A stretch of DNA of 54,175 nt from Callorhinchus milii (taxonomy: Eukaryota), in the NCBI RefSeq assembly GCF_018977255.1, contig NW_024705330.1, positions 1 through 54,175 on the forward strand. Direction: 5' to 3'. Positions 49,476 to 54,175 of this stretch are shown here, piece by piece (position 1 is the first letter of the stretch; each line of letters begins with the position of its first letter). A program made the position numbers and the translations under genes. Below the pieces are notes generated by a model. It was not told the DNA's origin. It did not search any database and saw only the letters and a list, made by a program, of their open reading frames with translations.

Positions 49476-50194
49476 ACCATGGGATGTGGGTGTCATCTGT
49501 CTCACCTCTTCGGTTCGGGGGGTAATGATGCTGCCAACTTCCTCCAAGCTGCCTCTGCTCTAAAAGACTGTGGCTGCGCTGTGATGCTCAGTCTGTCACG
49601 TCTCCCGCACTCTCTCTCCCACGAACCAGCTTCCGGCTTTCACTGCCCACAAGTCACCGCGCAGCTGGCCCCTCCCACATGCCCTGGTTTCCTCTGAGTC
49701 CTGGGAGGTGGGGGGGCCGGATAAATGTCCTTGGCGGGCCGCATGTGGCCCGCGGGCCGTAGTTTGAGGACCCCTGGTGTACAGTATATAAATCAGAGTC
49801 TGTATTTACCATGAGCTGTGACGTTCTCTTTCACACACGTCCAGAAGGGGCGGGTCAGCCAGTTGCATCAACAACAACACAATGCACTGAAGGATATACT
49901 CAGTAAGGATTGAGAAAATGTAGTCAAGTCACCAATAAATATGTACTGTAGTGCAAAATCAAACTGTACAAGTACATATCTCCCTGTAGATTTGTCAACA
50001 TCAAATCCAAGCTTGGGCAATATGACAAAACACCAACATTCAAAGGACCACACCAAGACCATACAGTGGCCTCGATTAAATTGCATTCAAACATTGAACT
50101 CTCGATGCGCGAGGTTCCGAGTTTCAAATCGCAGAAGCCGCGTCGAGGACTTTGAGCCCTGGCTGAGTCGGAGGCAGCTTCCTCTGCCCCATAG

Positions 50195-50300
50195 GGCGCC
50201 TGCGGGACACGTGATCTGGCTCCGCCCATGATAGGCGGAGTCAATGACGTCACCCTCCGGCGTGACGTCACTCCGGCAGGGCGAGCGAGCTGAGCGGCTG
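50195..50300 (+). promoter_or_regulatory. Candidate CpG-rich promoter
   Basis: E-box CACGTG 50208-50213; two GC-box-like sites 50220-50240; two perfect CRE sites TGACGTCA at 50245-50252 and 50263-50270. Confidence 0.5.
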
Positions 50301-50329
50301 TTTTTGTCTCTTGCGCCCCAACAGGAGCC

Positions 50330-50398
50330 ATGAGGTTCTTCAAGAGACGGCAGCAGTTGCAGGCGACGCTGGAGACTCCGAATTCGTCAACAGTGGAG
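50330..50398 (+). CDS. Candidate first coding exon MRFFKRRQQLQATLETPNSSTVE
   Basis: gagccATG Kozak-like start, 23 codons, consensus donor GAG|gtgagt. Confidence 0.45.
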
Positions 50399-50598
50399 GT
50401 GAGTGGCGCCACCTCTTGCGTTTTGGTGGAATTCAAGTTATACGAAATAACAAATACTGTGATCACATCGAGAAAAAATAGATTTTTTTAAAATATCATT
50501 TTAATCTTAACTTTGGAGCTTTCGTGACTGCAGGAATTATTCTTTGGTTCTTTCGGTAAAGTCACGTATAAAGAAAAAATAATAAATTAAATAATAGC

Positions 50599-50641
50599 AT
50601 ACGACGTTTCGATTGCAACACAAGCAATCATCATCAGGTAT
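50599..50641 (-). ncRNA. Minimal hammerhead ribozyme
   Basis: Reverse complement of 51763-51805. Confidence 0.88.
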
Positions 50642-51762
50642 AATGAAATAGCGACATAAAATCTAACCAGAAAAATTATAGACAGACATATAAGCAGACA
50701 GATATCACCAAGATACACAGAGCGGGCAACACAGGTACAGAGAGGGGTGATCGTCTCTGTGGGGTGGCCTTAAATAGACAGAGGGGGGCGGAGGCAGCGA
50801 GAGGGAGGGGTTAGAGACAAAATTTACATGTCTATGAGTACAAAAAGAGTGAGCAGGCTTAGGGGGAGAAAGAACACACTAAAATTAAATAACCTAGCAA
50901 AGTATCGAAATGTTATGTAAAACGACACAGAGAGTCGGTCAACACACAATTAACGCATAGCCTGGTCGATTACGTATTTCAAAGATTGCTAAGTTAGAAT
51001 TTAAGTGTGAAAATTTCAAAGAAAGACAAAACATAAAAACAAGAGGAACGCAGACAGAGCAGAACCTAAGAACGACAAAAAACGAGTGTAGACAGAAAAA
51101 ATTACACTAAATAAACAGGCAGAGAGAGAGAATAAAAACCCAGAGAGAAAAAAGGTAAACTTGGAACTTCCCGTAGAAGTGGTTCAATCTTAACTTTGGA
51201 GCTTTCGTGACTGCAGGAATTATTCTTTGGTTCGAAAGCTCCAAAGTTAAGATTGAACCACTTCTACGGGAAGTTCCAAGTTTTATTTAGTGTAATTTTT
51301 TCTGTCTACACTCGTTTTTTGTCGTTCTTAGGTTCTGCTCTGTCTGTGTGTCTCCGTTCCTCTTGTTTTTATGTTATGTCTTTCTTTGAAATGTTCACAC
51401 TTAAATTCTAACTTAGCAATCTTTGAAATATGTAATCGACCAGGCTATGCGTTAATTGTGTGTTGACCGACTCTCTGTGTCGTTTTACGTAACATTTCGA
51501 TACTTTGCTAGGTTATTTAATGTTAGTGTGTTCTTTCTCCCCCTAAGCCTGCTCACTTCTTTTTGTACTCATTGACATGTAAATTTTGTCTCTAACCCCT
51601 CCCTCTCGCTGCCTCCCCCCCTCTGTCTATTTAAGGCCACCCCACAGAGACGATCACCCTCTCTGTACCTGTGTTGCCCGCTCTGTGTATCTTGGTGATA
51701 TCTGTCTGCTTATATGTCTGTCTATAATTTTTTCTGGTTAGATTTTATGTCGCTATTTCATT

Positions 51763-51805
51763 ATACCTGATGATGATTGCTTGTGTTGCAATCGAAACGT
51801 CGTAT
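51763..51805 (+). ncRNA. Minimal hammerhead ribozyme
   Basis: atac-CTGATGA-t-gattgc/ttgtgtt/gcaatc-GAAA-cg-TC-gtat, with perfect stems I and II. Confidence 0.88.
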
Positions 51806-52400
51806 GCTATTATTTATTATTTTTTCTTTATACGTGACTTTACCGAAAGAACCAAAGAATAATTCCTGCAGTCACGAAAGCTCAAAAGTTAAGATTGAAC
51901 CACTTCTACGGGGAAGTTCCAAGTTTACCTTTTTTCTCTCTCTCTGGGTTTTTATTCTCTCTCTCTCTCTGCCTGTTTATTTAGTGTAATTTTTTCTGTC
52001 TACACCCGTTTTTTGTCGTTCTTAGGTTCTGCTCTGTGTGTCTCCGTTCCTCTTGTTTTTATGTTTTGTCTTTCTTTGAAATTTTCACACTTAAATTCTA
52101 ACTTAGCAATCTTTGAAATACGTAATCGACCAGGCTATGCGTTGTGTGTTGACCGACTCTCTGTGTCGTTTTACATAACATTTCAATACTTTGCTAGGTT
52201 ATTTAATTTTAGTGTGTTTCTTTCTCCCCCTAAGCCTGCTCACTTCTTTTGTACTCATTGACATGTAAATTTTGTCTCTAACCCCTCCCTCTCACTGCCT
52301 CCGCCCCCCTCTGTCTATTTAAGGCCACCCCACAGAGACGATCACCCCTCTCTGTACCTGTGTTGCCCGCTCTGTGTATCTTGGTGATATCTGTCTGCTT

Positions 52401-53784
52401 ATACTGGTAGGAACGAAGTGGACCAGACCACCAAGAGATTAATGTGTCCGTCTGTCCGTCCGTCTGTCCGACAAGATGGCCGCCCGCTCCCCCTGCGATC
52501 TGTGAACTAAACAAAATGGCCGTCGCTTCCGGCGCCTCACGGCGAAACTTTAAACTTCGCTTCAAATTTACTTTACTGAAACGCAGCACGTTTTTTTAAC
52601 ACAGAGACAAGATACATTTATATTAACACAGACACGAGATACATTTAATCGCCTTATTTGCGAGGCCTACTGCAGAAAAGGCATCGCGAGGCCTACTGCA
52701 GAGAAGGCTTCGCGAGGCCTACTGCAGGGAAGTCTTCACGAGGCTTACTGCAGAGAAGGCTTCGCGAGGCCTAGTGCAGAAGGCTTCGCTAGGTCTACTG
52801 CAGAGAAGGCTTTGCGAGGCCTACTGCAGAAAAGGCATCGCGAGGCCTACTGCAGAGAAGTCTTCGCGAGGCCTACTGCAGGGAAGGTTTCGCGAGGCCT
52901 ACTGCAGAGAAGGCTTCACGAGGCCTAGTGCAGCAGGCTTCGCGAGGCCTAGTGCAGCAGGCTTCGCGAGGCCTAGTGCGGCAGGCTTCGCGAGGCCTAG
53001 TGCAGCAGGCTTCGCGAGGCCTAGTGCGGAAGGTGGTGGTGGGGGTGGTGGGGTGGTGGCGGTGGGGTTGTGGTGGGGGGTGGTGGGGGGGTGGTGAGGG
53101 CTGGTGGGAGGGGTGGTGTTGAGGGTGGTGTTGGGGGGTGTTGGGGGGTGTTGGGGGGGCTGTCAACTACGCGTTACCAAGTCGTCGGCTCCCGCGAAAA
53201 TCACTGGTTTTGTCGTCACGGCGTCGTCGATTTGATGGCGTCGCTGAGATAAAAGCGCCTCCTCGCTGAAGTCGGTCGCCGTGAAGTCTGCAAACGACCA
53301 CTTCGCCCCCAAGTAGTTGAAGACGGGGGACAGTCGACACAGCGGCGTCCACACGACTCCTCGGCCACCCACGATCACAACGATCACCACACGCCGCCCT
53401 CACCACTTAAGCAGGGCGCGTTGCTAAGGGGCGGGGTAGAGGGCGGGGACTCGGAGCCTCTGGCGGGCATCGCTCCTCCCGGAAGGGGAGCACCCCACGG
53501 GCCAATCAGCACGGTGCTCAGAGCTATTGATGGGCACCGGATACAATCGCAATTATCTCACCAGATATTTATTGGAGCTATTCCCAGGACTCAACAAATT
53601 GATCGTTTGGAAATGAAAGACTACGAGTCTTTAAATCTCACAGCGTTTCTTGTCAAAACAAACACTTTTAATTAACGTTACACTAGAATACAGTAATTTT
53701 TTCTTTAACTCCTCTATACCCGGTCGATATCCCTGTACCGGTACTAAGTATTATTCCTACCAGCCGACCCCGCAGGGTCCTGTT
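52401..53784 (+). mobile_element. Helentron-associated non-autonomous element (HINE/DINE-1-like)
   Basis: Subterminal IRs ctggtaggaa (52404-52413) / ttcctaccag (53754-53763); (GTCY)n microsatellite ~52445-52470; 3' hairpin gaccc-cgca-gggtc (53766-53779); TT-type site with no clear TSD; interrupts the pLTR unit. Confidence 0.75.
52659..53030. repeat. 21-24 bp tandem array (gcgaggcctactgcagagaaggcttc) inside the HINE
   Basis: About 16 copies visible; the unit changes from ~24 to 21 bp along the array. Confidence 0.92.
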
Positions 53785-53833
53785 ATGTCAGTCTATAATT
53801 TTTTTTGGTTCGATTTTATGTCGCTATTTCATT

Positions 53834-53876
53834 ATACCTGATGATGATTGCTTGTGTTGCAATCGAAACGTCGTAT
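53834..53876 (+). ncRNA. Minimal hammerhead ribozyme
   Basis: Identical to 51763-51805. Confidence 0.88.
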
Positions 53877-54175
53877 GCTATTATTTAATTTATTATTTTT
53901 TCTTTATACGTGACTTTACCGAAAGAACCAAAGAATATCATTTTAATGTCACTTTAAATTGAACGCTTGATGCGTGGGTAATGAGGTTCATAGTTTAAGA
54001 TCACAGATTTGAGAGTTTAATCAAGGATTTTAGTCGAAGAGAGCTTTCTCTGGGCAGTTGGTCCTTGTTTGCGTTGTCTTGGTGATAGCATCTCGGGCCA
54101 ACTGCCATTGCCCAGCAAATGTGCCTGGGGGTCACGTGACGTTTAGTGACGCAATAAGGCTAGCCATTGGCTCCG

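Larger units (their letters stand above)
47202..49776 (-). mobile_element. hAT Charlie/SPIN-group transposon (OposCharlie1-like)
   Basis: 16-bp perfect TIRs caggggtcctcaaact; perfect 8-bp TSD gtgtacag (47194-47201 / 49777-49784). Confidence 0.95.
50506..53933. mobile_element. Non-coding Penelope-type pLTR composite (one inverted + two direct ~685-bp units)
   Basis: Minus-strand arm 50506-51232; plus-strand units 51233-51895 and 51896-53933 (interrupted). 14-bp TSD aatatcattttaat at 50492-50505 and 53934-53947. Confidence 0.85.

Overview
Eukaryotic, transposon-dense genomic DNA, probably from an aquatic vertebrate. A lamprey-like genome is my inference from GC-rich TEs, V-SINE-type SINEs and (TGAG)n/(CAC)n low-complexity tracts. 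In order the window holds: the 3' part of an L2/CR1-group LINE; tRNA-derived SINEs; a 2.8 kb (TGAG/GGTT) array; the end of a Tigger/pogo element; an unexplained 3.7 kb segment with decayed ORFs and 138-bp repeats; a 30-N gap followed by ~10.2 kb of sequence that looks statistically random and is bracketed by a GAGGAG direct repeat; an inverted Penelope fragment with hammerhead ribozymes and a 12-bp TSD; a Penelope RT/GIY-YIG relic split by a complete Gypsy LTR element; a second, related Gypsy element on the minus strand; two hAT transposons (Tip100-like and Charlie/OC1-like); a candidate promoter plus first exon; and a non-coding, tandem/inverted ~685-nt hammerhead-bearing Penelope-type repeat (14-bp TSD) with a Helentron/DINE-1-like element inside it. 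A few candidate host exons are scattered between the repeats. I cannot name any host gene. The best-supported unusual biology is the hammerhead-carrying non-coding Penelope-type unit. The 10 kb featureless block is the largest anomaly but is most likely not genuine sequence.
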